Shown piece after piece: positions 1-9,908 of a stretch of DNA of 64,000 bases. Every line of letters begins with the position of its first letter. The first letter of the stretch is position 1. Source of the stretch: Acholeplasmataceae bacterium (GTDB taxonomy: Bacteria > Bacillota_I > Bacilli_A > Acholeplasmatales > Acholeplasmataceae); the NCBI GenBank assembly GCA_007692425.1, contig RECG01000014.1:9654-73653 (forward strand). The letters run 5' to 3'. The position numbers and the translations under genes are program-made. The notes beneath the pieces were generated by a model. The model searched no databases and was not told the origin of the DNA. It was given only the letters and a program-made list of their open reading frames with translations.

Positions 1-1
1 T

Positions 2-439
2 CGTCCACCAATTGAAAACGTCTCGTTTCTGGCCAGCACCGTCAATCCCGACAAGAAGAAGCACGGCCAGGGCTTCTATGCCCGCCTGACCGGTTCCGCC
101 GCGGAAGTGCTGTCGATGTGGCGTCTGATGTTTTTAGGCGCACGCCTCTTTCATGATCAGGAAGGTGTCCTCGCTTTCAGTCTCTCACCCAAACTGCCGG
201 CCTCCTTCTTTAAAGACGGCAATGTCGAAACCAGGCTTTTCGGCAATGTCCACATCGTCTATCACAATCCAGACGGGCTTGACACGTTTGAAAAGGATGT
301 CGCCATCCAGACCCTGGTGCTGCACAAGACCGGTGAACAAATCACGATTGACGGCGACAAGGTCGTCGGCCATCTCGCCCGTGACATCCGCGAAGGCTTC
401 GTCAACAAGATTGAAGCCCATATCGGCAAAATCGCATAA
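2..439 (+). CDS. 3-prime end of a CDS that begins upstream of the window; C-terminal tail of a probable glycan-active enzyme, family not assignable
   Basis: The frame is open from nt 2 to TAA 437-439 (listed ORF 107-439 is only its Met-start part). It lies convergent to a GH16 gene. No diagnostic motif recognised in the 145 aa. Confidence 0.5.
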   Translation, partial: RPPIENVSFLASTVNPDKKKHGQGFYARLTGSAAEVLSMWRLMFLGARLFHDQEGVLAFSLSPKLPASFFKDGNVETRLFGNVHIVYHNPDGLDTFEKDVAIQTLVLHKTGEQITIDGDKVVGHLARDIREGFVNKIEAHIGKIA

Positions 440-441
440 AT

Positions 442-459
442 AAAAGCCCTGAGGCTTTT
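442..459. terminator. Short hairpin between convergent genes, possible bidirectional terminator
   Basis: AAAAGCC-ctga-GGCTTTT sits exactly between stop codons at 439 and 461. The stem is weak. Confidence 0.4.
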
Positions 460-460
460 G

Positions 461-1189
461 TCAAACATCGGTCTGCTGATACACTTTGATGGAATCGACC
501 TCCAGCACAAACGGGAAGTCATCATCCACGATCGTACCCCCGAACATCCCACCGACGGCCATGTTGATGATCAGGTAGAACGGTTGGTCGAAAGGCCATT
601 CACGTTCACCGTCACCGTGTTGCCGTTCATAGCGGGCATAGGATTTGCCATCAATTGAAAACACCAGCTGATCTTTCGTCCATTCCATCGCATAGTCATG
701 AAAGGCCGTATCCGCGTCATTGACAAAGGTCTCGGTCGTCCGCTCGGTGTTGGTCCGATGGTTGAAGGCTGCGGTGTGCAGGCTGGCGATGATGCGTCCA
801 GGGTGATTGCCGGCATATTCCATCAGATCGATTTCACCGCACAGCGGCCAACGGATACCGTTGGCATGTCCCTCGCTCAAAAACCAGAAAGCCGGCCAGC
901 TTCCCCTGCCTTTCGGCATCCTGGCACGGATGACGAACCGTCCATATTGCCAATGCAGTCTGCTTCTGGTGTTGATCCGGGCCGAACGGTATTTGCAAGG
1001 TCCTTCCTCATGGAGGGTCGAGATGATGAAAAGCCGGTTGTCGCGAATATGGACATTGGCCGGATCTGCGGTGTAACATTGTTTTTCCTGGTTGGCCCAC
1101 TTGTCACCGACCTCGATATGCCAATGGTCGGAATCCGGCGCGCCGGTGCGTCTGAAATGTTCTTCGAAAACCAATCGATATGCGGACAT
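461..1189 (-). CDS. Glycoside hydrolase family 16 endo-beta-1,3(4)-glucanase (laminarinase-like), no signal peptide, probably cytoplasmic
   Basis: GH16 catalytic strand GEIDLMEY plus the WPAFW motif; length of about 242 aa. Start placed at ATG 1187-1189 (MSAYRL), 6 nt after RBS AAAGGTGG. The listed start at 1264 has no RBS. Confidence 0.85.
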   Translation of the reverse strand: MSAYRLVFEEHFRRTGAPDSDHWHIEVGDKWANQEKQCYTADPANVHIRDNRLFIISTLHEEGPCKYRSARINTRSRLHWQYGRFVIRARMPKGRGSWPAFWFLSEGHANGIRWPLCGEIDLMEYAGNHPGRIIASLHTAAFNHRTNTERTTETFVNDADTAFHDYAMEWTKDQLVFSIDGKSYARYERQHGDGEREWPFDQPFYLIINMAVGGMFGGTIVDDDFPFVLEVDSIKVYQQTDV

Positions 1190-1327
1190 GTTGACCACCT
1201 TTCTTGTCGTCAGAAGGAGTATACAAAACCATTTTACACGATAATGGACGGTCTGGCTAGTCAATTCTCAGGAAAGGTCGTTGACTCGGCTGCCATGTAA
1301 GCGATTTACTTTTTTCAGATAAAAGCC

Positions 1328-1377
1328 TTTACATTTGATGTGAATATGGTTATAATATGTTTAGGAAACCGGTTTCC
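1328..1377 (+). promoter_or_regulatory. Sigma-A-type promoter followed by a perfect 14-bp palindrome (candidate LacI/GalR-type operator)
   Basis: TTTACA (1328-1333), 17-nt spacer, TATAAT (1351-1356). GGAAACCGGTTTCC follows at 1364-1377, just downstream of the -10. The region is divergent between the GH16 gene and the surface-protein gene. Confidence 0.55.
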
Positions 1378-1549
1378 GCATGATGTGGTTTCATAGAAGC
1401 CGGACCTATCATGGATGACAACACAAGATGGCGCTTTTCCTTGAGGAAAAGCATGCGTTGTCATCAGCTGAATTAAAGTTGGACATCAGACAATTTCCGA
1501 CATGGAAATGTCTTTAAAGATAGTGTCAATTAAAAAAGGAGGAAAATAC

Positions 1550-4500
1550 ATGAAAAAACGTTTGTTTAGTGTGTTGTTTGTCTTGTTCTTTACCGTGTTC
1601 ATCGTCGCTTGCGAAGGCGAGATCGAACCGTGGCTGACAAGCATCACGATTGTTGGTGCTGATGACACCACTGTTCCATTTGACGAACCGTTCAATGTCT
1701 TGGAAGGTGTCACAGCCATCGGTAACAACAGCATTGACTATACCGACCAGATGACTTATGCCACGACCGCACCGATTGACGCGGAAGGCAATCTGGACAC
1801 GACTTCGACAGGTGTGCACGCCGTCCGTTATGAAGTGCGCGTCGGCACGATTGTCGTCCAACGCTGGCGTTACATTACAGTTGATCAGCCTGAACGTCCC
1901 GACGGCCTCGTCGTCAATGGCGACTTTGCCCTGGGTACGGTGTTCTGGGATGATCCGGCCAATGGTTTCTTTGTGGCGGATGGCGCATCCTTGTCACTGT
2001 CCATCGATGATGGCGCTTTGAAAGCTGACGCTGTTTCCGGTTCAAATGTCTGGACACCGCGCTTCGGCCAACAGGGCATCCCCTTTGAACAAGGCAAGGC
2101 TTATGAAGTGACCTTCAGGGCCAAGGCAAGTGTTGACAAGACCATCAACCTGCAAGTGGGTGAACTGATTGACTTTGCACCGTGGTTCATCGACTTCAAG
2201 CCCGGTCAGACCGAACATCGCACCATCACCACCGAATGGGCTACCTACACCTATACTTTCTTCATGGGTACTGACAATCCACGTGGCGGCATTTTGTTCG
2301 AGCTGGGTAACATCCCGCCTGAGGGCACGCTTGGTGGCGCACCATTCACCATTTGGTTTGATGACATCGACGTCATCGAAATCGATGATCTGGAAGACAC
2401 CATCGCACCTGTATTCAGCGGTGTGAGAGCCAACATCAACCTGGCGGTCGATGATGACTTCGATCCGCTTGAAGGCGTGACCGCGATGGACAATGTCGAC
2501 GGTGATGTCACCGATCTGATCGATGTGACGATTTATGAAGTGGTTGGCGAGACTGAAACCGAAATTGCCGAAATCGACATGTCGGTCGAAGGCACATACC
2601 GCATCGTTTACACCGTGAGTGATGCCGCCGGCAATGAAGCCATCGCTGAAAGCCATCTTACAGTCATCCTGGTCATCGTCTTTGAATATCCGGGCTGGCG
2701 CACCTTTGTCAACTTCTGGGAAGGCACCGAAAGCGAACTGATTGTTGAAGACGGCGTCTTGACCTTCACGCTGACCACCATCAGCGCCATGAATGAAAAC
2801 TGGAAGGCCCAGGTCATCCAGGATGCCTTCGCTTTAGGTTATGGCGAAGACAACGAGGGCCATATGGCACTGGAAGCCGGCGCCACGTATCGTGTCACCT
2901 TTGATGCCAAAGCGACGGTTGCAGGCGACATCGTGCTTGCAATCGGTTATTCCATCCCCGAATGGAACCCGTATTTTGTTGAAGAAGACATTGCGGTGAC
3001 CACCGAATGGCAGACCATTTCCATCGAATTTACATTGGATGCGGAAGGCGATTACTCGATCCCCGCCCAATTCAAACTCGAAATGGGATTGCTCTTTGAA
3101 GGACTCGACGCCCCGCAAAGCTTCATGCTCGACAATGTCATGATCGAGATCAAGGTGGGCGATGACTTTGTCCCGACCGACTTGATCTTCAATGGCACCA
3201 TGGATGAGGAAGTCATGAATATCTATGCCCTGCCCGAATGGCGTTCATTCGTCAATTTCTGGGAAGGTACCGTGGGCGAAATCAAAGGTGTCAATGGCGA
3301 ACTCGTGCTCAATGTGACCAACATCAGCGCCATGAACGAAAACTGGAAGATCCAGGTCATTCAGGACGCCTTTGCCTTGGGTACAGGCCCGGACAACGCG
3401 GGACACATGCAACTTGAAGCAGACAACACCTACCGCGTGACCTTCCGAGCCAGGGCCTCTGTCGCTGGACAAGTCACCTTGGCCATCGGCCATAGTGAAG
3501 GCGAATGGACACCGTACCACACGGCAACCCTCGATGTCACGACCGAGATGCAGGAGTTTGTCGTCACTTTCACCACCGATCATGCAGAAATAGACTATTC
3601 CGTCTTGGCGCAGTTCAAGCTTGAAATGGGATTGCTCTTCGCGGATGTATCATCAGGCTACTTTGTCCTTGACGATGTCGACATCAGAGTTCTTGATGGT
3701 GAAAACTATGTTTACACCGGTCTGATCAAGAATGGCACGATGGATGCACCGTTCCTTTATGCCCTCGAAGAATGGCGTGCTTTCGTCAACTTCTGGGAAG
3801 GCACCGTCGGCAACATCTATAACGTGGCTGGCGAACTTGTCTTGATGGTCGACAACATCAATGCCATGGATGCAAACTGGAAGATTCAGGTCATCCAGGA
3901 CGCCTTTGCCTTGGGTACCGGTCCGGACAACGCGGGACACATGCAACTTGAAGCAGACAACACCTACCGCGTGACTTTCCGTGCCAGAGCGTCTGTCGCC
4001 GGTGAAATCACCCTGGCCATCGGCCATGCCGGTGGCGGCTGGACGCCATATCACATGGCAACCCTTGATGTCACCACCGACATGCAAACATTTGAAGTCA
4101 TCTTCACCACTGATGATGACGAGATCGACTATACCGTATTGGCGCAGTTCAAACTTGAAATGGGATTGCTCTTCGCGGAAGAATCATCAGGCTACTTTGT
4201 CCTTGATGACGTCATCATCGAAGTGCTTGATGACGAAGACTATGTCGACGCTGAATTGATTGTCAACGGCCACATGAACCTGCCGGCACCTTATGAACTC
4301 AACGAATGGCGTGGCTTCGTCAACTTCTGGGAAGGTACAATCGGCAACATCCACGGCATCGCCGGTGAGTTGATTTTCATGATCGACAACATCAGCGCCA
4401 TGGATGCCAACTGGAAGATCCAAGTCATCCAAGATGCCTATGCACTTGGCACCGGCCCGGACAACGAAGGCCACATGCTCATTGAAGCGGGCAAGACCTA

Positions 4501-5266
4501 CCGCATCACCTTCACTGCCAGAGCGTCTGTTGCTGGTGAAATCACCCTGGCCATCGGCCATGCCGGTGGCGGCTGGACACCTTACCATATGGAAACCATT
4601 GAAGTCACGACCGAGAGACAGACCTTTGTCATCGAGTTTACAGCTGACAATGCAGATCCTGATTATTATTCAGTGCTTGCACAATTCAAGTTTGAAATGG
4701 GCATGCTGTTCGCCGAATCAACATCCGGTATCTTCGCGCTTGACAATGTCATGATCGAAGTGCTTGACGATGAGACCTTCATCGATGCCGAATTGATCGA
4801 AAACGGCACCATGGACAAAGCACCTAATATCGTGGACATTGCCCTTAGCATTGAAGATTTCAGCACCTTGGTTGCCGCACTGATTGAAGCTGAACTCGTT
4901 GCCGCCCTGCAAGGCGAAGGACCGTTCACCGTCTTCGCACCAACCAACGATGCGTTTGCTGCCCTGCTTTTAGAACTCGACATGACCGCTGCGGAACTTC
5001 TGGCACTTGAGACCCTTCCTGAAATTCTGCTCTACCATGTTGTGGCCGGACAGTTTACCGCCGCTGACGTAATCGCCCTGGCCGCTGACGGCCCGGTCGA
5101 AGTTGAAACATTAAATGGTGCAACGATTACAATCTCCGTGGTCGAAGGTAGTGTCTTTATCAATGATATCGAAGTCACCCTGCCTGACGTCATGGCCAGC
5201 AACGGCGTGATTCACGTCATCGACGGCGTGCTCCTGCCACCAGCAGAAGAAACACCAGAAGAATAA
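1550..5266 (+). CDS. Large surface lipoprotein: Ig-like modules, five CBM-like (galactose-binding-like) modules and a C-terminal fasciclin (FAS1) domain
   Basis: RBS AAAGGAGG lies before ATG 1550. Lipobox signal MKKRLFSVLFVLFFTVFIVAC. One NGDFALG..W start typical of CBM4/9-type modules, then four EWRxFVNFWEGT repeat units. FAS1 motifs FTVFAPTNDAF and NGVIHVIDGVLLP. Confidence 0.85.
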   Translation: MKKRLFSVLFVLFFTVFIVACEGEIEPWLTSITIVGADDTTVPFDEPFNVLEGVTAIGNNSIDYTDQMTYATTAPIDAEGNLDTTSTGVHAVRYEVRVGTIVVQRWRYITVDQPERPDGLVVNGDFALGTVFWDDPANGFFVADGASLSLSIDDGALKADAVSGSNVWTPRFGQQGIPFEQGKAYEVTFRAKASVDKTINLQVGELIDFAPWFIDFKPGQTEHRTITTEWATYTYTFFMGTDNPRGGILFELGNIPPEGTLGGAPFTIWFDDIDVIEIDDLEDTIAPVFSGVRANINLAVDDDFDPLEGVTAMDNVDGDVTDLIDVTIYEVVGETETEIAEIDMSVEGTYRIVYTVSDAAGNEAIAESHLTVILVIVFEYPGWRTFVNFWEGTESELIVEDGVLTFTLTTISAMNENWKAQVIQDAFALGYGEDNEGHMALEAGATYRVTFDAKATVAGDIVLAIGYSIPEWNPYFVEEDIAVTTEWQTISIEFTLDAEGDYSIPAQFKLEMGLLFEGLDAPQSFMLDNVMIEIKVGDDFVPTDLIFNGTMDEEVMNIYALPEWRSFVNFWEGTVGEIKGVNGELVLNVTNISAMNENWKIQVIQDAFALGTGPDNAGHMQLEADNTYRVTFRARASVAGQVTLAIGHSEGEWTPYHTATLDVTTEMQEFVVTFTTDHAEIDYSVLAQFKLEMGLLFADVSSGYFVLDDVDIRVLDGENYVYTGLIKNGTMDAPFLYALEEWRAFVNFWEGTVGNIYNVAGELVLMVDNINAMDANWKIQVIQDAFALGTGPDNAGHMQLEADNTYRVTFRARASVAGEITLAIGHAGGGWTPYHMATLDVTTDMQTFEVIFTTDDDEIDYTVLAQFKLEMGLLFAEESSGYFVLDDVIIEVLDDEDYVDAELIVNGHMNLPAPYELNEWRGFVNFWEGTIGNIHGIAGELIFMIDNISAMDANWKIQVIQDAYALGTGPDNEGHMLIEAGKTYRITFTARASVAGEITLAIGHAGGGWTPYHMETIEVTTERQTFVIEFTADNADPDYYSVLAQFKFEMGMLFAESTSGIFALDNVMIEVLDDETFIDAELIENGTMDKAPNIVDIALSIEDFSTLVAALIEAELVAALQGEGPFTVFAPTNDAFAALLLELDMTAAELLALETLPEILLYHVVAGQFTAADVIALAADGPVEVETLNGATITISVVEGSVFINDIEVTLPDVMASNGVIHVIDGVLLPPAEETPEE
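2684..4815 (+). repeat. Four tandem in-frame repeat units inside the surface lipoprotein gene (543, 534 and 534 bp spacing)
   Basis: The conserved Trp codon of the WRxFVNFWEGT motif falls at 2696, 3239, 3773 and 4307. An identical 53-bp run occurs at 3389-3441 and 3923-3975. Near-identity starts at 3983 and at 4517. Confidence 0.9.
4820..5245 (+). other. Segment encoding the FAS1/fasciclin domain of the surface lipoprotein
   Basis: IVDIA..DFSTLVAAL..GPFTVFAPTNDAF..LLYHVV..NGVIHVIDGVLLPP matches the conserved H1/H2/YH blocks of fasciclin domains. Confidence 0.7.
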
Positions 5267-5342
5267 TATTATAAATGTGATGGCGCATGGGCATGCTTGT
5301 CCATGCGCCAATCCACACCAAGTTATCAAATAGGAGGAGAAT

Positions 5343-6776
5343 ATGAAAAAATTACTGTTATTCACCACGGTCATTCTCTTTGTCTTCGCCCTGCACGCCT
5401 GTAATGGCCAAAACGGCGGTAATGGCGGACAGCAAGGCATCGAACTGACCTATGCTGACTGGGGCAACCAAGAGTTCAACCAGTTATTGATTGACGCGTT
5501 CATGGAAGAATATCCTGACATCCGCGTGACCTTGCGAGGCGACATTGATGGCGCCGGTGATATCTTCACAGGCAACCTTGTCACTGCCGCACAAGCCGGC
5601 TTGCTCCCTGATGTCTATGCGATCGACAATGTCCCCACGGCCATCAATGCCGGCTTGACATTGGATGTCGCCCCATACTGGGATGCAGACCCGGAAACAG
5701 CCTTGATCTATGAGAACATCGCCAACACGGCGGTCTATCAAGGCCAACGTCTGGCCATGCCGTCTTACCAGTTCTTCAAAGGTATTTATATCAACCTTGA
5801 CATCTTTGACGATGCCAACCTGACCACGACCGATGATTACCGCGTCGATTTGGACGGTTATCCGGTCAAGGACTGGACCTTTGATGAATTCATCGCCATC
5901 ATCAAGGCCGTCACCAACTATACACCTGAGAATCCGGAAACCTTGGTCATTGGCATGGCGAACTGGTTCGGCGCACCTGATTTCCAACAAGTCTGGCCAA
6001 CCATGTTTGATGCCGACGTCCTCTATGACACCTATGACGGCACCGCATTCCACTACACTTCACCGGAATGGATTGATGCCATGACCGAAAAAGTCGACTT
6101 GCACCGTGCCCAGAATGGTTGGACCACCAACCTTTCCTTGGACGATCTGGAAGAGTACGAAGTCTTGAGCCAATTCTTGACGACCGCCGGCTATGTCGCC
6201 CTTGACATCGACGGTTCCTGGATGTTCTGGATGATCAACGAAGCTGTTGAAAATGGTTTCAATCTCGGTTTCTGGCCCTATCCTCAAGGACCGGCCGGCT
6301 TTTTCCCGCCGACCATCCTTGACTACATCTGTGTCTCCAGCCAGACCGACCATCCTGAAGAAGCCTATCTTCTGGCCAAATGGATGACCTGGGGCAGACA
6401 AGGCTGGGAAGCCAGACTAGACATCTACGAGGCTGACAAGGCCGCTGCCTTGGCAGCAGGCGAAGTCCCGACCTGGCTCGACCGTTTTCCGGTTGCCGAC
6501 TATCCGGATGTCTGGGACCGCGTCTTTGACCTGGTCGATGGCATCGAAGGCATTGAATACACGATCGATCACATCGCAAACGCGAAACCAGACCTTGACA
6601 AGTGGCTCCCGGGCTACAAGGATTTCTGGGCATGGGTTTTCGATGGTGAGAATCCCTACAACTGGATGAATCTGGTTGAGGCCGGACCGGCTGCTGTCGG
6701 CACTTACGCCGTGCAGTGGAACAACAGGATCAATGACATTGTCACCCAGGAGAAAGACCGCTTAGGCAACGAATAA
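5343..6776 (+). CDS. ABC transporter (CUT1-type) extracellular sugar-binding lipoprotein
   Basis: RBS AGGAGG. Lipobox FVFALHAC followed by a Gly/Asn/Gln-rich linker. Family-1 SBP length (477 aa). Lies upstream of the permease genes. Confidence 0.85.
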   Translation: MKKLLLFTTVILFVFALHACNGQNGGNGGQQGIELTYADWGNQEFNQLLIDAFMEEYPDIRVTLRGDIDGAGDIFTGNLVTAAQAGLLPDVYAIDNVPTAINAGLTLDVAPYWDADPETALIYENIANTAVYQGQRLAMPSYQFFKGIYINLDIFDDANLTTTDDYRVDLDGYPVKDWTFDEFIAIIKAVTNYTPENPETLVIGMANWFGAPDFQQVWPTMFDADVLYDTYDGTAFHYTSPEWIDAMTEKVDLHRAQNGWTTNLSLDDLEEYEVLSQFLTTAGYVALDIDGSWMFWMINEAVENGFNLGFWPYPQGPAGFFPPTILDYICVSSQTDHPEEAYLLAKWMTWGRQGWEARLDIYEADKAAALAAGEVPTWLDRFPVADYPDVWDRVFDLVDGIEGIEYTIDHIANAKPDLDKWLPGYKDFWAWVFDGENPYNWMNLVEAGPAAVGTYAVQWNNRINDIVTQEKDRLGNE

Positions 6777-6854
6777 GTCAACGTTTACATTTCATGATAT
6801 AATCGGGAGAGAAGGTTCACCTTCTCTCCCGCATCATCATGTCCGGAGGTTCGC

Positions 6855-9800
6855 ATGAAAGCCAAGAGCCACGAATGGGTCGCTTATTTAAAACAACTCA
6901 ATCCCAAAATCATCATCATCACCATCTTGTCGGTGGTCATGGTTTTATTATTGAGTTTGTCGTTTTTACGCAAGTCAAGTGACGATCGTTTTTTCGATGC
7001 GATGCCTTTGGCACACGATTATGAAGACGTACGGCTGACCGCCGTTTACAATGTGCCCCTCTACACCGCCATCTTTGCTGGGTACCGTGAACTTGGACTC
7101 GAACCGGCCGGTGAAGATCATGAGATCAGCACGGCTGACATGACCGGTCAACGCATCGACCGTGATCATCCTGATTTCGGCCATCATGTCGCTGATTATC
7201 TTGATGCACAAGGTTTGCCGATCATGGATGTCTTGCTGGTGGACCGCGACCAGACCGTCTCATTCGTCCATCCCGGCACCACCAACGGCCTTTATTACCT
7301 TGAAATCGATTATCTGGAACTCGACCAGAGCATCGACAACACGCAAATCGCCATCACGATCAACGGTGAAAGTCCGTTTTATGAAAGCCAGACAATCGTC
7401 TTGCCTTCACGCTGGCTCCTGGCCAGCGACACCTTTACTTTGGACCGCTACCAAAACGAAATCCAACCCAATTCGCTCAAGGTCCAAGATTGGTTTTCCC
7501 ATGCGATTCATGACTATAGGGGTATGCATCCCGGTCTGTTCGCGTTTCATTTGAACGAGGGTGACACCATCACCATTTCCCATGTCAACGGTCGTCTCTT
7601 GATCGGTAACATCCGTTATGTCGAGCCACGCACGCTACCGACCTATGCCGAATACCTGGCCGACAAAGGCAGCCATCCCGTCGCATCTGACAAACTCGTG
7701 GTGGCCGCCCGTGACATGCTTTTCCGCAACGATCCTTCGATCCGTCTGCGTCCGGAAATGGATCCCTCGAACCTTTATTATGATACGCAGTTTCTCAGAC
7801 TCAATGTCATCTTCGGAGATTCCTGGCAAAATGCCGGCCAAGCCGTCACCTATGCGGTGGAAGTCACAGAACCAGGTTACTATCAATTGTCCTTCAAATA
7901 TCGTCAGTACATCATGAGGGACATGACGGTCTTCCGCAAGATCAAGGTCAACGGTGAAGTACCGTATGACCTTTTGGAACATGTTGCATTCCCGTATACG
8001 ACCTCATTCATGCACCGCACGTTGAAAGATGCCGATGGCCAGCCGCTTTATGTCTATCTGGAAGCCGGCACTCATGAAATCACGCTCGAGGCGGTCAGCT
8101 ATCCTTACCGGCAGGCCATCGAAACCATCCAATATGTCATGCGTCAGATCCAAAACATGGCGCTCGATGTCAAACGCTATACCAGCGGGGGCACCGATCT
8201 TTACCGCGACTGGGACATTGAAGCCTATTTTCCACAGGCCGCCGGCCAAATCAGGGACTGGGCCGATTTGCTTGATGATTTGCACCAAGCCTTATTGGCG
8301 TTGTCCACGAACAACAACCCTTCCGAGATCAGCCAGTTGAAAGTCGCGTCCGCACGGCTGAGAAACATCGCCTCTGACATCAACCGCCTGCCCAGCCGCA
8401 TGGTCCAGTTTTCCGATGGTGACTCCTCGGTCAACCAGATTCTGGGCAATCTCATGCAAAACCTGTTACGCCCCAATCTCGAACTTGAACGTCTCATCGT
8501 CCATGGCGATGTCAACATCGGCCGCCCCCACGCCAATGTCTTTATCAATTTCTGGGAAGGCCTTAAACGTCTTGTCTTGTCGTTTGTCAACAATCCCTAC
8601 AGCGCATCGGCGCGACGACAGGACAACGAACTGATGGTCTGGGTCAACTACCCCCGTCAATACATCGAAATCATGCAGACCATGATCGACCAGTATTACG
8701 ACGGCACGATGAATGTGACCCTCTCACAAATGCCTGACCAGAACAAGCTCATCCTCGCCAATGCCAGTGGCAGGGCACCGGATGTGGCGATCGGTGTCAA
8801 TCACTGGATTCCTTATGAATTCGCCATCCGGGATGCCTCTTTGGACTTGCGTCAGTTTCCCGGTTATGCCGACCTTGTGAGCAACTTCACACCAGGGGCG
8901 ATCATCCCCTATGTCTTTGAAGAAGGCGTCTATGGCCTGCCCAGCACCCAAAACTTCTGGGTGACTTTTTACCGCCGCGACATTTTAGACAGCATCGGCA
9001 TCCATGACATTCCGCAAACCTGGGACGAAATCATCGAAATCCTGCCGATCCTACAAAGTTACGGCATGAATTATTTCGTCCCGTTGGCCCAGTTTTCCGG
9101 ACTGAAACCATTTGTCGCCACCCTGCCGTTCATTTATCAGTTCGGGGGTGACCTTTATACCGAAGACGGCATGCAGACCGCCATCAACAGCGAACAGACA
9201 CTCAAAGGCATCCGCCTCATGTCCGAACTCTACACGCTTTACAACCTACCTAAATTCGTCGGTAGTTTCTTCAACCATTTCCGCTATGGCATGTTGCCAA
9301 TCGGCATCGGTGACTTATCAACCTATATCCTGCTTCAAACCGCGGCTGTCGAGCTTGACGGTCTTTGGGGCATGGACCTGCATCCCGGTGTCTATCATGA
9401 AGACCTGGATACCATCGTCCGCTATTCCGCCGTCGGTGCCCAAGGCGACATGATTTTGAGTTCGACGCTCCATCCGGACGAGTCATGGCGCTTTCTGTCA
9501 TGGTGGATGTCCACACCAATCCAGTCGGAGTTCGCCTTCCTGCTGCAAAGCACCTACGGCAAGGCTTATTTCTGGAACAGCGCCAACATCGAAGCCTTCA
9601 AGACCGTCTCGATGCCTGACGAATACAAGCAAATCGTCCTGGCTCAGTGGGAGTGGGGCATCGAAGCCTCCCGTATCCCGGGCAACTATATGGTCGAACG
9701 CGAGATCAGCAACGCCTGGACCCGGATTGTCTTTGAAGGTGCCAACCCGAGACAAGCCCTCGATGAGGCGGTGCGCATCTCCAACCGCGAGATCATCTAC

Positions 9801-9908
9801 AAGATGGCCGAGTTCGGTTATGCTTTCCAGGGACAACCCTTGAAACCTTATCCGGTGCCGAGCATCTACAACATCCATGAATGGCTGACGGAGGTGTCCG
9901 ATGATTAG
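6855..9908 (+). CDS. Membrane-anchored 1017-aa fusion: about 550 aa of unknown extracellular region plus a C-terminal family-1 solute-binding-protein-like fold
   Basis: RBS GGAGG. One N-terminal TM helix ([19 protein letters not shown]) and no lipobox. The C-terminal part from about nt 8625 looks like a sugar SBP. Its stop overlaps the start of the next permease gene. Confidence 0.7.
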   Translation: MKAKSHEWVAYLKQLNPKIIIITILSVVMVLLLSLSFLRKSSDDRFFDAMPLAHDYEDVRLTAVYNVPLYTAIFAGYRELGLEPAGEDHEISTADMTGQRIDRDHPDFGHHVADYLDAQGLPIMDVLLVDRDQTVSFVHPGTTNGLYYLEIDYLELDQSIDNTQIAITINGESPFYESQTIVLPSRWLLASDTFTLDRYQNEIQPNSLKVQDWFSHAIHDYRGMHPGLFAFHLNEGDTITISHVNGRLLIGNIRYVEPRTLPTYAEYLADKGSHPVASDKLVVAARDMLFRNDPSIRLRPEMDPSNLYYDTQFLRLNVIFGDSWQNAGQAVTYAVEVTEPGYYQLSFKYRQYIMRDMTVFRKIKVNGEVPYDLLEHVAFPYTTSFMHRTLKDADGQPLYVYLEAGTHEITLEAVSYPYRQAIETIQYVMRQIQNMALDVKRYTSGGTDLYRDWDIEAYFPQAAGQIRDWADLLDDLHQALLALSTNNNPSEISQLKVASARLRNIASDINRLPSRMVQFSDGDSSVNQILGNLMQNLLRPNLELERLIVHGDVNIGRPHANVFINFWEGLKRLVLSFVNNPYSASARRQDNELMVWVNYPRQYIEIMQTMIDQYYDGTMNVTLSQMPDQNKLILANASGRAPDVAIGVNHWIPYEFAIRDASLDLRQFPGYADLVSNFTPGAIIPYVFEEGVYGLPSTQNFWVTFYRRDILDSIGIHDIPQTWDEIIEILPILQSYGMNYFVPLAQFSGLKPFVATLPFIYQFGGDLYTEDGMQTAINSEQTLKGIRLMSELYTLYNLPKFVGSFFNHFRYGMLPIGIGDLSTYILLQTAAVELDGLWGMDLHPGVYHEDLDTIVRYSAVGAQGDMILSSTLHPDESWRFLSWWMSTPIQSEFAFLLQSTYGKAYFWNSANIEAFKTVSMPDEYKQIVLAQWEWGIEASRIPGNYMVEREISNAWTRIVFEGANPRQALDEAVRISNREIIYKMAEFGYAFQGQPLKPYPVPSIYNIHEWLTEVSDD

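Noticed and set aside
1502-1549. N-terminal extensions of listed ORFs: 1502, 1264(-), 10769, 17088, 22796, 23269, 29323, 31184, 35973, 43180, 44982(-), 52100, 55716(-), 56191(-).
   Set aside because: Downstream in-frame starts have proper RBS spacing and give clean signal peptides or lipoboxes. The extensions overlap upstream genes, promoters, the CIRCE element or the B12 riboswitch.
2042-2656. Many long antisense or alternate-frame ORFs in the track. Examples: 2042-2656(-), 14057-14593(-), 30268-31137(-), 39678-40412(-), 43396-43977(-), 47448-48116(-), 49231-49995(-), 52238-52939(-), 24115-24948(+), 33471-33902(+).
   Set aside because: Each lies entirely inside a longer ORF whose product has clear family motifs. 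They lack an RBS and have low-complexity or Arg/Gly/Asp-rich shadow-frame composition. This is typical of mid-GC coding regions.
2684-4815. Regularly spaced repeats that might suggest a CRISPR array or satellite.
   Set aside because: The period is 534-543 bp. The repeats are in frame, inside one long ORF, and encode a repeated protein module. There is no short repeat/spacer structure anywhere in the window.
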